From: a virus
Lineage: Duplodnaviria > Caudoviricetes
Direction: 5' to 3' (one strand)
Virus record (IMG/VR): IMGVR_UViG_3300036781_000147
Span: 1-52,803 of that record
Length of the DNA: 52,803 nt
Made by a program: the position numbers and the translations under genes. The notes beneath the pieces were generated by a model. The model was given only the letters and a program-made list of their open reading frames with translations. It was not told the DNA's origin and made no database searches. How positions within the stretch are numbered: the stretch's first letter is position 1; every line of letters begins with the position of its first letter. Shown in pieces: positions 8,147 through 17,474 of this stretch.

Positions 8147-8434
8147 ATGAACAAGCGCACCGCCGCGCTTGGGGCAGCTGCCCTCGCGGCTGCCGTCACG
8201 CTTACCGCGTGCACAGGGATGGACGATCGGAGCGTCCATGGAACGGTGAAGGACAAGTCGGAGCACTACTACTCGGGCGTCACAGCTGGCAAGGTGCACA
8301 CGTCCGGCCACTGGGAACGGTACGTGTACGTGGAGGATGCTGGGCGTGAGGTACGTGTCCAGGTCTCCAGCCAGGCGTACGACCGGTGCTACCGGGGCAG
8401 CTCGTACCCGCACTGCCTGGACGTCAAGCGTTGA
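8147..8434 (+). CDS. Lipoprotein
   Basis: Signal peptide with LTAC lipobox; AGGGAGAG RBS. Confidence 0.8.
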   Translation: MNKRTAALGAAALAAAVTLTACTGMDDRSVHGTVKDKSEHYYSGVTAGKVHTSGHWERYVYVEDAGREVRVQVSSQAYDRCYRGSSYPHCLDVKR

Positions 8435-8445
8435 CCTGGTTTGTA

Positions 8446-8494
8446 CAGAAGGACCTGTGCAGAGGTTGCACGGGTCCTTCTGCTGTGCCATGAT
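8446..8494 (+). promoter_or_regulatory. Combined terminator hairpin / promoter
   Basis: Stem with same GTGCA-GAGGT-TGCAC core as 7462; TTGCAC-N17-CATGAT. Confidence 0.7.
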
Positions 8495-8524
8495 GGGTGT
8501 AGCACCTACCACTAAGGAGAGGTC

Positions 8525-9062
8525 ATGAGTGAGTTCAAGCGGGGCCAGGCAGTCCAGCACGAGGACGGGACGCGGGGAGTTGTAGAGTTCCGTGGCAGCG
8601 ACGAGTACTACGGAGTTCGCTGGGCGGAGACCCGCCTCACCCACGTCGCTGGGTACATCGTCGTGATCCACGGGGGTTCCCTCACCGAGGCCGCGCCGTA
8701 CATGCCCCTGCAGACCCTGCTGGAGCGCAAGGACGAGGAGGCCGAGGCGGCAGAGCGGCTCATCGATTCCGTGACGTTCCGGGACGGGGCGGGCCAGGTG
8801 ATCGAAGAGCACGATCTGACTACGGGCGATCTGTGGGCCGACGCCGATGAGGAAGCCGTGAGCGTGCCTGGGGCAGCCCAGGAAGCCATCACAGGCTCGG
8901 GTGACGGGGGATGGACCGTCCTCGTGCCGGACGTTTTCTCTGAAGGTGTATGGACCGTCATCGCTTCCTTCCCCCCTGCGTTGCTCCGCCGATGCGGTCG
9001 CGGAGTTGCTGAGGAATGGCATCCTCCGGGTGGACAGCTCGGGCGGCATCGTCCAGTCGTAG
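8525..9062 (+). CDS. Hypothetical protein; natural end (TAG 9060-9062) reached only via +1 shift at the C6 run 8971-8976
   Basis: AAGGAGAGG RBS; the +1 frame reads LRCSADAVAELLRNGILRVDSSGGIVQS* with GC3 bias, ending just before a terminator. Confidence 0.6.
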
Positions 9063-9073
9063 TCCGTACAGCA

Positions 9074-9110
9074 GGAAGCCCCGACCATGTACATATCGGT
9101 CGGGGCTTCC
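9074..9110. terminator. Hairpin between convergent genes
   Basis: GGAAGCCCCGACC...GGTCGGGGCTTCC 13-bp stem. Confidence 0.7.
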
Positions 9111-9127
9111 TCGTACCCAAGGCGAGA

Positions 9128-9574
9128 TCAGTAAAGCACACGAAGAACCTCACGCTCGGTGCGCTTCGGGTCGTCGTTCCAGTGGGCGATGTTCGGCTGG
9201 CTCGGACCGTAGACCCTGTGGATACGGACCATGAGCTCCTCTGCCGCCTCACCCGCGACCTTGCTGTTGGCGGCTGCCCGGTCGATGGCTTCCAGCGCGC
9301 AGACGGCGCCGGTATCCGGGTTGGTCCTGCCACCCCTGAACCAACCCAGTTCGTTGATCAGCTCACGGGCCAGGGTGAGGGTCGTGGCAGCAGTCGTCCC
9401 GGTGTGCAGGGGGATCGGCTGGCGGTGCGGGAACGTGATCATGTCGTCCACTTCCACAGTGGAGATGTCCACAGAGCTGTTGCCGAGCCGGACGTCCATG
9501 GCGATGTGTGCCAGGGCCAGACGGGTGTCGATGTCCATGTGGGTGGATGTGTTGGTCTTGCTGCGTGTATTCAT
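9128..9574 (-). CDS. DUF6197-like hypothetical protein
   Basis: INELGWFRG...GAVCALEAI...IAHWNDDPKRTEREVLRVL motif. Confidence 0.75.
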   Translation of the reverse strand: MNTRSKTNTSTHMDIDTRLALAHIAMDVRLGNSSVDISTVEVDDMITFPHRQPIPLHTGTTAATTLTLARELINELGWFRGGRTNPDTGAVCALEAIDRAAANSKVAGEAAEELMVRIHRVYGPSQPNIAHWNDDPKRTEREVLRVLY

Positions 9575-9757
9575 GCCCCTACCATACCCGTTGCATCACG
9601 TGCAAGGCAACTCGGTGACATACGAAAGGCGGGGCCCGCCGTAGCGAACCCCGCCTTCCTGCACCTTGCCCACCTGCCGGAACCGAGAGAGGGACGACCC
9701 CAAGCCTACCAGCGCGGCCCGATACCCTGGGATCACGGAACAGAGAGGACGTACACC

Positions 9758-10213
9758 ATGACGAACGTAGCGGAGGAAGCTTCGGCCGCCGACCGCCGCG
9801 ACCGCGCGCTGAAGCTGCGAATCCGTGGCGCGCACTGGAACGAGATCGCCAAGCGGTGCGGGTACCCGTCCCCGGGTGCCGCCCTGAAGGATGTGGGCGA
9901 GGCCCTGATCGACTCTGCCCGGCGGGCGGAGGAGTCGGCCGACCAGCTCAGGGCGACCCTCATGCTCAGCTACCAGGCACTCACAGGCGAGGCGTGGGAT
10001 GTCATCGACGGAGCGAGCAGCGATGCTCCGCCGTACGACCCTGAGGGCGGCTCTGCACCGGACGAGCGCATGGTGAAGCTCCGCGCCATCGATGAGGTGC
10101 GCCGCCTGACAGAGGCGCAGTCCAAGCTGTCCGGCCTGGACAAGCAGCGCGAGGTAACTGAGACACCACTTCGGGTAGAGATCGTCGGCGTGGACCCTGA
10201 GGACATCGTGTGA
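9758..10213 (+). CDS. terS: Terminase small subunit
   Basis: HTH (ALKLRIRGAHWNEIAKRCGY), SKLSGLD motif, overlaps TerL start. Confidence 0.8.
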   Translation: MTNVAEEASAADRRDRALKLRIRGAHWNEIAKRCGYPSPGAALKDVGEALIDSARRAEESADQLRATLMLSYQALTGEAWDVIDGASSDAPPYDPEGGSAPDERMVKLRAIDEVRRLTEAQSKLSGLDKQREVTETPLRVEIVGVDPEDIV

Positions 10214-11589
10214 ACGACGTCCAGGTCATCACCCGCTACGAGCCACGCGGGGCCGCAGTAGACCTCCTGACGGCCCGGGACTCCGAGGTAGTGGCTTCGG
10301 GCCCGGCGGGCACGGGGAAGACGCTGGCGGCCTTGTGGAAGGCTCACATCACGTCGATGAAGGTCCCTCGCTGCACAAGCCTCATCCTCCGCCAGACGCA
10401 CGCCTCGTTGACCGCATCGACACTGGCCACGTTCGAGAACCAGGTGGCAGGCTCAGCTCTGCTGGACGGCACGGTGAAGTGGTTCGGTGGCTCGGGTAGG
10501 AAGCCTCCGGCCTACGAGTACAGCAACGGCAGTACGATCATCGTCGGAGGGCTCGACTCGCCGGGGAAGTTCCTGTCCATGGACGTGAACCGGATCTATG
10601 TGGACGAGGCGTCACAGATCAGCCTCACCGCGTTCGAGACTCTCCTCACCCGTCTGCGCGGCCGGGCGGACACCTACCGGCAAATCGTGCTGATGACCAA
10701 CCCGGACCATCCTGCCCACTGGATCAACGAGCGGGCGGCTGAGGGGAAGCTCCGCATGATCAAGTCGTTGCACCGGGACAACCCGTACCTGATCAACCGG
10801 GACGGGTCTCCGACCGACGTCGGGACTGACTACCTGGGACGGCTCGACGCTCTGACCGGGGTTCGCCGGTTGCGCTACCGAGACGGGGTATGGGCGGCGG
10901 CTGAAGGTCAGGTGTTCGACGAGTGGACCGATGCCGCCAACCTGGTCGACCCCCACGACATCCCGGCCGACTGGCGCACCGTGTGGTCCATCGACTTCGG
11001 CTACAGCAACCCGTTCGTCTGGCAGCAATGGCGCATCGACCATGACGGCCGGGCGTACCTGACCCACGAGATCAGCCGGACACAGCGGCTCGTGGAGGAC
11101 CACGCGCGGGACATCCTCGCCCTCATGTCCGCGAACGGGTGGGCGCGGCCGGAAGCGATTATCTGTGACCACGATGCGGAGGGACGGGCCACGCTGGAGA
11201 GGCACCTCGGCATGGCCACCCTGGCTGCCCGCAAGAACGTCACAGCGGGCGTGCAGCACGTGCAGAACCGCATCCGCCCGGCGGGCGACGGACGGCCCCG
11301 GCTGCTCGTGCTGAGGGACAGTCTGATGCGTACGGACCCGAACGCGGCCACGGACAAGCGGCCCCGGGGGTTCGCGGCGGAGGTGGGTGGATACGTTTGG
11401 GCGATGGAGCGGGGCACCGACGGCAACCCGAAGGAAGTGCCGCTCAAGCTGCACGACCACTCCATGGACGCGGCTCGCTACCTGGTGATGTACCTGGACG
11501 GGGTTGCACCCCGCCGGACCCACAACCCGGCCAAGGCACAGGTGGGTGGAGCGACTTCCAGTAAGTGGGGCACCGCAGTCGGCCGGTAG
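10210..11589 (+). CDS. terL: Terminase large subunit (PBSX-like)
   Basis: SGPAGTGKT Walker A, IYVDEA Walker B, MTNP motif, SIDFGYSNP and DHSMDAARY nuclease motifs. Confidence 0.95.
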   Translation: MNDVQVITRYEPRGAAVDLLTARDSEVVASGPAGTGKTLAALWKAHITSMKVPRCTSLILRQTHASLTASTLATFENQVAGSALLDGTVKWFGGSGRKPPAYEYSNGSTIIVGGLDSPGKFLSMDVNRIYVDEASQISLTAFETLLTRLRGRADTYRQIVLMTNPDHPAHWINERAAEGKLRMIKSLHRDNPYLINRDGSPTDVGTDYLGRLDALTGVRRLRYRDGVWAAAEGQVFDEWTDAANLVDPHDIPADWRTVWSIDFGYSNPFVWQQWRIDHDGRAYLTHEISRTQRLVEDHARDILALMSANGWARPEAIICDHDAEGRATLERHLGMATLAARKNVTAGVQHVQNRIRPAGDGRPRLLVLRDSLMRTDPNAATDKRPRGFAAEVGGYVWAMERGTDGNPKEVPLKLHDHSMDAARYLVMYLDGVAPRRTHNPAKAQVGGATSSKWGTAVGR

Positions 11590-11624
11590 GTGCTACAGTG
11601 GAGTTGCACCGACCAACCGAGGAG
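11590..11624 (+). repeat. 35-bp direct repeat copy 1 (-10 + GTTGCAC + RBS)
   Basis: GTGCTACAGTGGAGTTGCACCGACCAACCGAGGAG identical to 12456-12490. Confidence 0.95.
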
Positions 11625-11629
11625 AAGTC

Positions 11630-12376
11630 ATGACGTTCACAGCAGGAGACAAGGTCAACCACCCCGACTACGGCACTGGTGAGGTTCTGTACGGGCCCTA
11701 CACGGGTCTCATCGTCCGCACCGCCTATCTGGTCCAGTTCAGCGACGGCAGGGGTGTTGTGGTGTCGGCTGCCAAGCTCGCCGCGCTGCCCGCTTTCGCT
11801 GTGGGTGACAAGGTCACGTTCGACAACGGCACCCTGGTCACCGTCGCTTACGGCCCCTACAGAGTCCGGGAGGCCGGGGAGGATCGCTGGTTCGTGGTCC
11901 GCCACGCCAACGGGACTGAGCACACCGCGACGTCGAACCGGCTTACCCCCGTCACCACGTCCGCCCCGCTCGCTGTCGACGACAAGATCCGCATCCTCAA
12001 GGACTGGCACGACTTTGCCAACGTCAAGACTGGTGACGTCCTCACGGTGAGCAGTATCAACACGAACCGTGGAGAGTTCCACACGAACGCTCCCGCACTA
12101 CGTGACGGGGACTTCTGGGTCTTCGACTTCTCCGCCGAAGGCCACGGATGGGAGCGCGTCAGCGCCGACACCTACACCTACAACGGCAAGACCTTCGACC
12201 TGTCCAAGGACGTCTACGACAGCAGCGGCGACGCCTGGTCCTTCACGGGCGAGTACGGGGACGGCTACCCGCTGATGACGTGCACTGCCGAGACTGCCGG
12301 AGAAGACGACGGCTACGCCAACTGGACGTTCAAGCGTCTGTTCAACTACTACGGCGGAAAACTCACCCAGCGCTAA
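11630..12376 (+). CDS. phiSA1p31-related protein with tandem SH3-like repeats
   Basis: Three (F/L)x(A/V)(G/D)DK(V/I) repeat starts; C-terminal YTYNGKTFDLS..YDSSGDAWSF domain. Confidence 0.75.
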   Translation: MTFTAGDKVNHPDYGTGEVLYGPYTGLIVRTAYLVQFSDGRGVVVSAAKLAALPAFAVGDKVTFDNGTLVTVAYGPYRVREAGEDRWFVVRHANGTEHTATSNRLTPVTTSAPLAVDDKIRILKDWHDFANVKTGDVLTVSSINTNRGEFHTNAPALRDGDFWVFDFSAEGHGWERVSADTYTYNGKTFDLSKDVYDSSGDAWSFTGEYGDGYPLMTCTAETAGEDDGYANWTFKRLFNYYGGKLTQR

Positions 12377-12387
12377 CCACAACTCCA

Positions 12388-12422
12388 CCCCGGGTCAATT
12401 TCCAGTGAATTGACCCGGGGTT
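12388..12422 (+). terminator. Intrinsic terminator
   Basis: CCCCGGGTCAATT...AATTGACCCGGGG stem followed by a T-rich tract. Confidence 0.7.
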
Positions 12423-12455
12423 CTGTGTTGTTTGGATACGAGTGACCTCGGGCAT

Positions 12456-12490
12456 GTGCTACAGTGGAGTTGCACCGACCAACCGAGGAG
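12456..12490 (+). repeat. 35-bp direct repeat copy 2
   Basis: Identical to 11590-11624. Confidence 0.95.
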
Positions 12491-12495
12491 GAGAC

Positions 12496-12732
12496 GTGAG
12501 CGCACGAGACTGGCTGTACGCACGACTGACTGGCGCACTGATCGATCCTTCGCGTGTGGATGCGGGGATTGACGTCTACCGCGACGAGATCCTGCGGGAG
12601 GCTGCGGAGCGCATTCGGACTGAGTTGGCGGACAAGGTCAGCGAACCCCGCGCCGGAGAGGTCTGGACTATCACTACCAGCTACCTGGCAGCCCACGCCG
12701 CAGATCTGATCGACCCGGGGGTGAAGTCGTGA
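12496..12732 (+). CDS. Hypothetical protein
   Basis: GAGGAGG RBS; EILREAAERIR...AADLIDP motif typical of Streptomyces phage small genes. Confidence 0.75.
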   Translation: MSARDWLYARLTGALIDPSRVDAGIDVYRDEILREAAERIRTELADKVSEPRAGEVWTITTSYLAAHAADLIDPGVKS

Positions 12733-12950
12733 GCGCTGAGGAAATTAAGGCAGTCGTGGGGCCGACGGACGGGCGTCTGATGCAGCATCTCCACGCGAAT
12801 ACGTCGACCGTCCTCCTGCCGTCAGATGAGATCCGCCAGGAGACAGCGCGTGCCTATCCCCGAGTGCTCGCAGAGCGTGGCCAGTCCTATGCGGCTGGCT
12901 GGCTCGCTGCACGCAACCACATCGCTGAGCAATTGGAGGGGCTGTCATGA
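12729..12950 (+). CDS. Hypothetical protein
   Basis: GTGA/ATGA coupled on both sides. Confidence 0.65.
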   Translation: MSAEEIKAVVGPTDGRLMQHLHANTSTVLLPSDEIRQETARAYPRVLAERGQSYAAGWLAARNHIAEQLEGLS

Positions 12951-13402
12951 GCGACGAGCGACGCGAGCGGTACGCCACAGCCATAGACGAGACATTCGTA
13001 TACTCGACCGACTTTGACGCCGAAAAGGCGGCGGACGCTGTCATGGCCGTTGCCGACGCAGAGCGCGAAAGCATGCACACGCAGCACTGCATGGAAGCGG
13101 GCGAGGAAGTGGCACGGCTCACCGCTGAGAACGCCCGTCTGCGCGCTGAGATCGGCACCGAAGTTGGCGGCATCAGTTCCGGTATGCATGCCGACGTGGC
13201 AGAGGCACAGTCAGCGTGGGAGGACGAGTGCAACGAGAACGCACGCCTGCGCGCTGAGCTGGAGTCGCTGCGCGGCGAATGGACCGAGCAAGTAGCCGTC
13301 GTAGTGCCTGGCGCTGGCTGGGTTCGTGCTGGCGCCATAGAGGTGCGCACCGTACTCAGCGATCCGGTAGGCGTGTTCCACGTGCGCATGGCTCCGCGCT
13401 GA
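12947..13402 (+). CDS. Hypothetical coiled-coil protein
   Basis: RRERYA...ADAVMAVADAE motif; ENARLRAE repeated twice. Confidence 0.75.
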   Translation: MSDERRERYATAIDETFVYSTDFDAEKAADAVMAVADAERESMHTQHCMEAGEEVARLTAENARLRAEIGTEVGGISSGMHADVAEAQSAWEDECNENARLRAELESLRGEWTEQVAVVVPGAGWVRAGAIEVRTVLSDPVGVFHVRMAPR

Positions 13403-13803
13403 TGCGGCCAAGCTGGGATGAATACGGTCTCATCCTCGCGCACGCTGCTGCCACTCGCGCTGACTGCCTGAGAGCCCAAGTAGGGGCAGCCATTCTGAAT
13501 GCCCGACACGAGACAATCGGAACGGGTTTCAATGGTGCCCCTGCTGGGGTTCCCGGTTGTGCGTCGGCAGGCGCATGTCCGAGGGGCCAGCTCAGTTACG
13601 AGGAATGTCCTGCCAATTCGGATTACAGCGACTGTATCGCTGACCATGCAGAGCGGAACGCAATCCGCCATTGCCGCACCGGTGATCTTCCCGGAGCCAC
13701 GCTCTACACAACTCGCGCGCCCTGCCCATCCTGCACAACCCTGATTCGCGCTGCAGGCATTGCGCGCGTAGTCACACCTGAAGGAGAGATCAATGCAGGT
13801 TGA
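13402..13803 (+). CDS. dCMP deaminase
   Basis: RPSWDEY, VGAAI, GFNG, HAERNAI, PCPSC zinc motifs. Confidence 0.93.
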   Translation: MRPSWDEYGLILAHAAATRADCLRAQVGAAILNARHETIGTGFNGAPAGVPGCASAGACPRGQLSYEECPANSDYSDCIADHAERNAIRHCRTGDLPGATLYTTRAPCPSCTTLIRAAGIARVVTPEGEINAG

Positions 13804-14485
13804 TGTTCTGGCAGCCACAGAGATGACCACCGCACCGCTCGCAGAGGCGTACGGGTTCAACGTGTGGGGGAACGGATCGGTAACTGGCGCTGACGCTCTC
13901 GCGGAGAGTGGGGGCCGTATCTGCTACAAGTCCTTCAACCGGCCCAACCCCGCCACAGCGGCGAACGCCGACTACCTGGCCAACATCCTCCGTCAGCAGC
14001 ACTACAGCGTTTTGGAGCACGCCAGCGTCACCTTCCTCGTCCGCGACGTCTCCCGTGCTCTGCTCACCGAGCTTGAGCGTCACCGCTTCCTGTCCTTCAG
14101 CGTGGTATCCCAGCGGTACGTGGACTACAGCGACACCACCCCCGTCATCCCTCCAGCCATCAAGAGCACGGACTTCCCCGAGGGGCTGGTCCGTGAGGCG
14201 TACGACCACGCCGCGTACGTGTACGCATCGCTGGTGGACAACCTCCTGATGTCCGGTCTCAGCCGCAAGCAGGCTCGTGAGGCTGCCCGCGCTGTCCTGC
14301 CCAACTGTGCCCCCGTCGATATGGTCGTGACGGGCAACCTCCGGGCGTGGCGGGACGTCGTCGGCAAGCGGCACCACGAGGCGGCTGACGCTGAGATCAG
14401 GGAGTTCGCTGGCCTGGTCCTGGACCACCTGCGAGAGGTCGCGCCCAACTCCGTACAGGACATCCCCAAGGAGCCGATGTCGTGA
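13793..14485 (+). CDS. thyX: FAD-dependent thymidylate synthase
   Basis: [46 protein letters not shown]. Confidence 0.97.
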   Translation: MQVDVLAATEMTTAPLAEAYGFNVWGNGSVTGADALAESGGRICYKSFNRPNPATAANADYLANILRQQHYSVLEHASVTFLVRDVSRALLTELERHRFLSFSVVSQRYVDYSDTTPVIPPAIKSTDFPEGLVREAYDHAAYVYASLVDNLLMSGLSRKQAREAARAVLPNCAPVDMVVTGNLRAWRDVVGKRHHEAADAEIREFAGLVLDHLREVAPNSVQDIPKEPMS

Positions 14486-14724
14486 ACGCACGAGACGAGC
14501 TGTTCGCCATGTCCACGAGCGCCAAGGCGTACCCGGCGGACGAGGTGGAGGAATCCATCGACACCTTCCGTCACGACGTCCTGCGAGAGGCGGAGCTGAC
14601 CGAGGCGGACAAGGACACTCTTCGCTTCGCCCTGGACGAGGCGTACCGGGAGATGGTCAACCGGGCCACGTTCACCGATCAGGACCGGAGGGGTCTGGAG
14701 AGGCTGAAGACGCGGTTCGCCTGA
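14482..14724 (+). CDS. Hypothetical protein
   Basis: GTGA coupled; GC3 bias. Confidence 0.7.
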   Translation: MNARDELFAMSTSAKAYPADEVEESIDTFRHDVLREAELTEADKDTLRFALDEAYREMVNRATFTDQDRRGLERLKTRFA

Positions 14725-14778
14725 CACACAGGAGGGGACCTACCGATCACTCGGTAGGTCCCCTTCCTCGTTGCTCGT

Positions 14779-14979
14779 CTACAAGATCCCCACGATCTCT
14801 GCCGCCCGGTCCTTGCACTGCGTGGGGGTGGCCCACAGTTCCCGGGTGGGGCTCTCGCCCTTCTTCCAGAAACTGAGCATCCACTGCCCGCCGGGCGTCC
14901 GCTGGGCGATGAAAGTCCATGGGCCGAACGTCGCGATGTCGCCCCGGCCGCCTGAGTAGTTCTGCCGCTTCCAGCGCAT
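14779..14979 (-). CDS. Hypothetical protein (small W-x-F family)
   Basis: CAGGGAG RBS, own -10 (TAGTGT) followed by GTTGCACC; shared hairpin at ~14731-14767. Confidence 0.7.
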   Translation of the reverse strand: MRWKRQNYSGGRGDIATFGPWTFIAQRTPGGQWMLSFWKKGESPTRELWATPTQCKDRAAEIVGIL

Positions 14980-15050
14980 GATGTCTCCCTGCCTCACTCG
15001 TTGATTGGTGCAACACTATCATCTCACCTGGTCACAGGTACCGTGGGGGC

Positions 15051-15374
15051 ATGCAGCAGACTGTGTACTTCTACGGCGTGATGGTCAGCGTGGACAGCAC
15101 CTCCACGGGCGACACCTTCACGGAGTCCCGACTCATCATCGACACCCTGGCCCAGGTGGACCATGAGGACATCTACGCGGGCGTGCAGTCCGCACATGAC
15201 ATGTGGCTGTATGTACGCTCGTCGTTCGCCGTCGCCCCCGACGCGCGCAAGCGAGCGAGGCTGAAGGACGACCTGACCCAGGACAAGATCGACTACCTGA
15301 ACAACCTCATCACCGAGCGGAGGTACACGCTCGACTTCGGGCCCAGCTGGGTGAGCACCTCCATGGACGTCTGA
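15051..15374 (+). CDS. Hypothetical protein
   Basis: GC3-biased ORF. Confidence 0.7.
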   Translation: MQQTVYFYGVMVSVDSTSTGDTFTESRLIIDTLAQVDHEDIYAGVQSAHDMWLYVRSSFAVAPDARKRARLKDDLTQDKIDYLNNLITERRYTLDFGPSWVSTSMDV

Positions 15375-15426
15375 GCCGCACCGATACACTGGGGGTCATA
15401 CCGGAACCGAAGGGACGTCGCACCGC

Positions 15427-15765
15427 ATGATCAACCTTATGACCCTGGGTGCCCTGGGGTTCGCTGCCTACCGTGGGACACAGCTGATCGTGCACGACTC
15501 GATCCTGGACGGCGCCCGCGAGAAGATGGAACTGTGGCACGCCAGGAAGTTCACCTCTAAGCCGCGCACCTTCATCCGTGACCTCCTCGGGTGCACCTAC
15601 TGCACGGGCTTCCACCTGTCGTGGATTGCCGTCCTGGCCTACCTGCTGGCGTCCGGCACGTGGGGTGATGCACCCTCCCTCGTTCACGGGATCGAGGTGT
15701 TCTCTGTGGCGGGCATTCAAGCCCTACTGAACCGGTGGGACGACTCCCGAGGAGGGGCCAGCTGA
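15427..15765 (+). CDS. DUF1360-like membrane protein
   Basis: YRGTQLIVHDSI and LLGCTYCTGFHLS motifs; typical position before portal. Confidence 0.8.
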   Translation: MINLMTLGALGFAAYRGTQLIVHDSILDGAREKMELWHARKFTSKPRTFIRDLLGCTYCTGFHLSWIAVLAYLLASGTWGDAPSLVHGIEVFSVAGIQALLNRWDDSRGGAS

Positions 15766-17474
15766 TGGCCGCCATCACCAACATCGTGGCAGCCGTGACT
15801 CGGAAGCTGTCGGGAAAGAACCGGAACACGGGCGGCACTGGCCGCACCACCGGGTGGCAGATCCTCGCCATGGATCTCGCGGAGGAAGTGCCCGAGGTGG
15901 GCGCGTACGCCGACTGGGTCAGCAACTCCTCTGCCGGGGCTACCCTGTTCGCGGGCCGCCGCCTGCCGGACGGTTCGATCCAGCGTGCGCCCGCCGGGAC
16001 CCGAGCGGCCGACCTCGTCGCCTCCATGGCGGGCGGACCCGACGGGCAGTCGCAACTGCTGTCCGACTTCGCGTGGAACCTGGCTGTGACGGGTGAGGCG
16101 TTCCTCGTCATCCAACCGGACACTCAGTCCGATTCCTTCGTGGATGATCAGTGGCACGTCCTCTCGATCGAGGAGGTTTCCGTCAAGCGGGGCGGCGCGG
16201 AAGCCACCATCGATGGGGGCAAGATCGAGATTCCCGAGTATGACGCCGACAACCCACCGGAAGACGACGAGCCCATCCTGATCCGGGTGTGGCGCCCCTC
16301 GAAGCGGCGCCGCCAAGACGCGATCTCTCCCGTCCGTTCCTCCATCACCGTGCTGGAAGAGCTGCGGCTGCTGAACGCGGCCGTCGCAGCGATCACTCGT
16401 TCCCGCATTACCGGTCGCGGTGTCCTCCTCGTCCCTGCCGGGGCATCCTTCCCCGGCACGCCTGGGCAGGCGGGGGCCGATGAGACTCTGCTCGACACCT
16501 TCATCGAAGTAGCGTCCACCGCCATCCGAGAACCGGATAGTGCCGCCGCCACCGTACCTGTGGTAATCGAGGTTCCGGGTGACCTGATCGGCGGAGTGAA
16601 GTGGCTCAGCTTCGAGTCCGGCTACGACGACATGCTGATGAGACTCCGCGACGAGGCCATCCGCCGGTTCGCGGCCGGAGTCGACATTCCGGCTGAGGTG
16701 CTCCTCGGACTCGGGGACTCGAACCACTGGAACGCATGGCAGATCCAGGCCGAAGCGATCAAGCAGGGGATCGAGCCCGCACTGAAGATCGTGGCCAACG
16801 CGCTCACGGTCGGATGGCTCCAGCCCCTGCTGAGCAGTGAAGGGTACGATGACGCCAGCCAGTGGCTGGTCTGGTACGACACCTCGTCCCTACGCTCGTC
16901 GTCCAATAAGGCGGCGTCCGCCATCGACGCGTTCGACAAGGGCATCATCGGTGCCCCGGCCGCCCGTCGGGAATTGGGTTTTGAGGAAGCCGATGCCCCC
17001 GCACCTACCTCCGCACCTTCAGCCACATCCTCCGAGGAAAGGACCACCGACGTGCCTGTGTCAGAGTCTCAGACACCCCCGCTGCAGCCCAGCATCTCTA
17101 TGGCGGCGAGCGGGAACCCGGCCCTGTATGAGGCGCTGGACGGGCTCGTGTGGACCGCGCTGACGACAGCCGGACATCGTCTCCGTCTCACCCCCGCCGT
17201 GCCGCGTCCGGAGCGCGGGTCGGCCCGCATGCTGCCCATGGCACGCACGCATGAGTCCTTCCCTGTCCCCGACGCCGGGAAGATCGACGGGTGGAAGCTG
17301 CTGGACGGAGCATGGGACCGAGTGGGAGAGATCGCACAGCGTACCGGCGCCGATGCCGAGACGATCACCGCAGCCCTGGACACGTATGTGCGGGGGCTGC
17401 TCCTCACCGGTGGCACCTACAGCTACGAGCGGCTCGGTGACGCGCTGTTCACGATGGATGGGGTCGCCGCATGA
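15765..17474 (+). CDS. Portal protein
   Basis: Synteny; RDEAIRRFAAGVDIPAEVLLG..NHWNAW motif of actinophage portals. Confidence 0.88.
   Translation: MAAITNIVAAVTRKLSGKNRNTGGTGRTTGWQILAMDLAEEVPEVGAYADWVSNSSAGATLFAGRRLPDGSIQRAPAGTRAADLVASMAGGPDGQSQLLSDFAWNLAVTGEAFLVIQPDTQSDSFVDDQWHVLSIEEVSVKRGGAEATIDGGKIEIPEYDADNPPEDDEPILIRVWRPSKRRRQDAISPVRSSITVLEELRLLNAAVAAITRSRITGRGVLLVPAGASFPGTPGQAGADETLLDTFIEVASTAIREPDSAAATVPVVIEVPGDLIGGVKWLSFESGYDDMLMRLRDEAIRRFAAGVDIPAEVLLGLGDSNHWNAWQIQAEAIKQGIEPALKIVANALTVGWLQPLLSSEGYDDASQWLVWYDTSSLRSSSNKAASAIDAFDKGIIGAPAARRELGFEEADAPAPTSAPSATSSEERTTDVPVSESQTPPLQPSISMAASGNPALYEALDGLVWTALTTAGHRLRLTPAVPRPERGSARMLPMARTHESFPVPDAGKIDGWKLLDGAWDRVGEIAQRTGADAETITAALDTYVRGLLLTGGTYSYERLGDALFTMDGVAA

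Noticed and set aside
7745-9094. 449-aa minus-strand ORF
   Set aside because: Antisense shadow of real plus-strand genes; its start lies in a terminator loop
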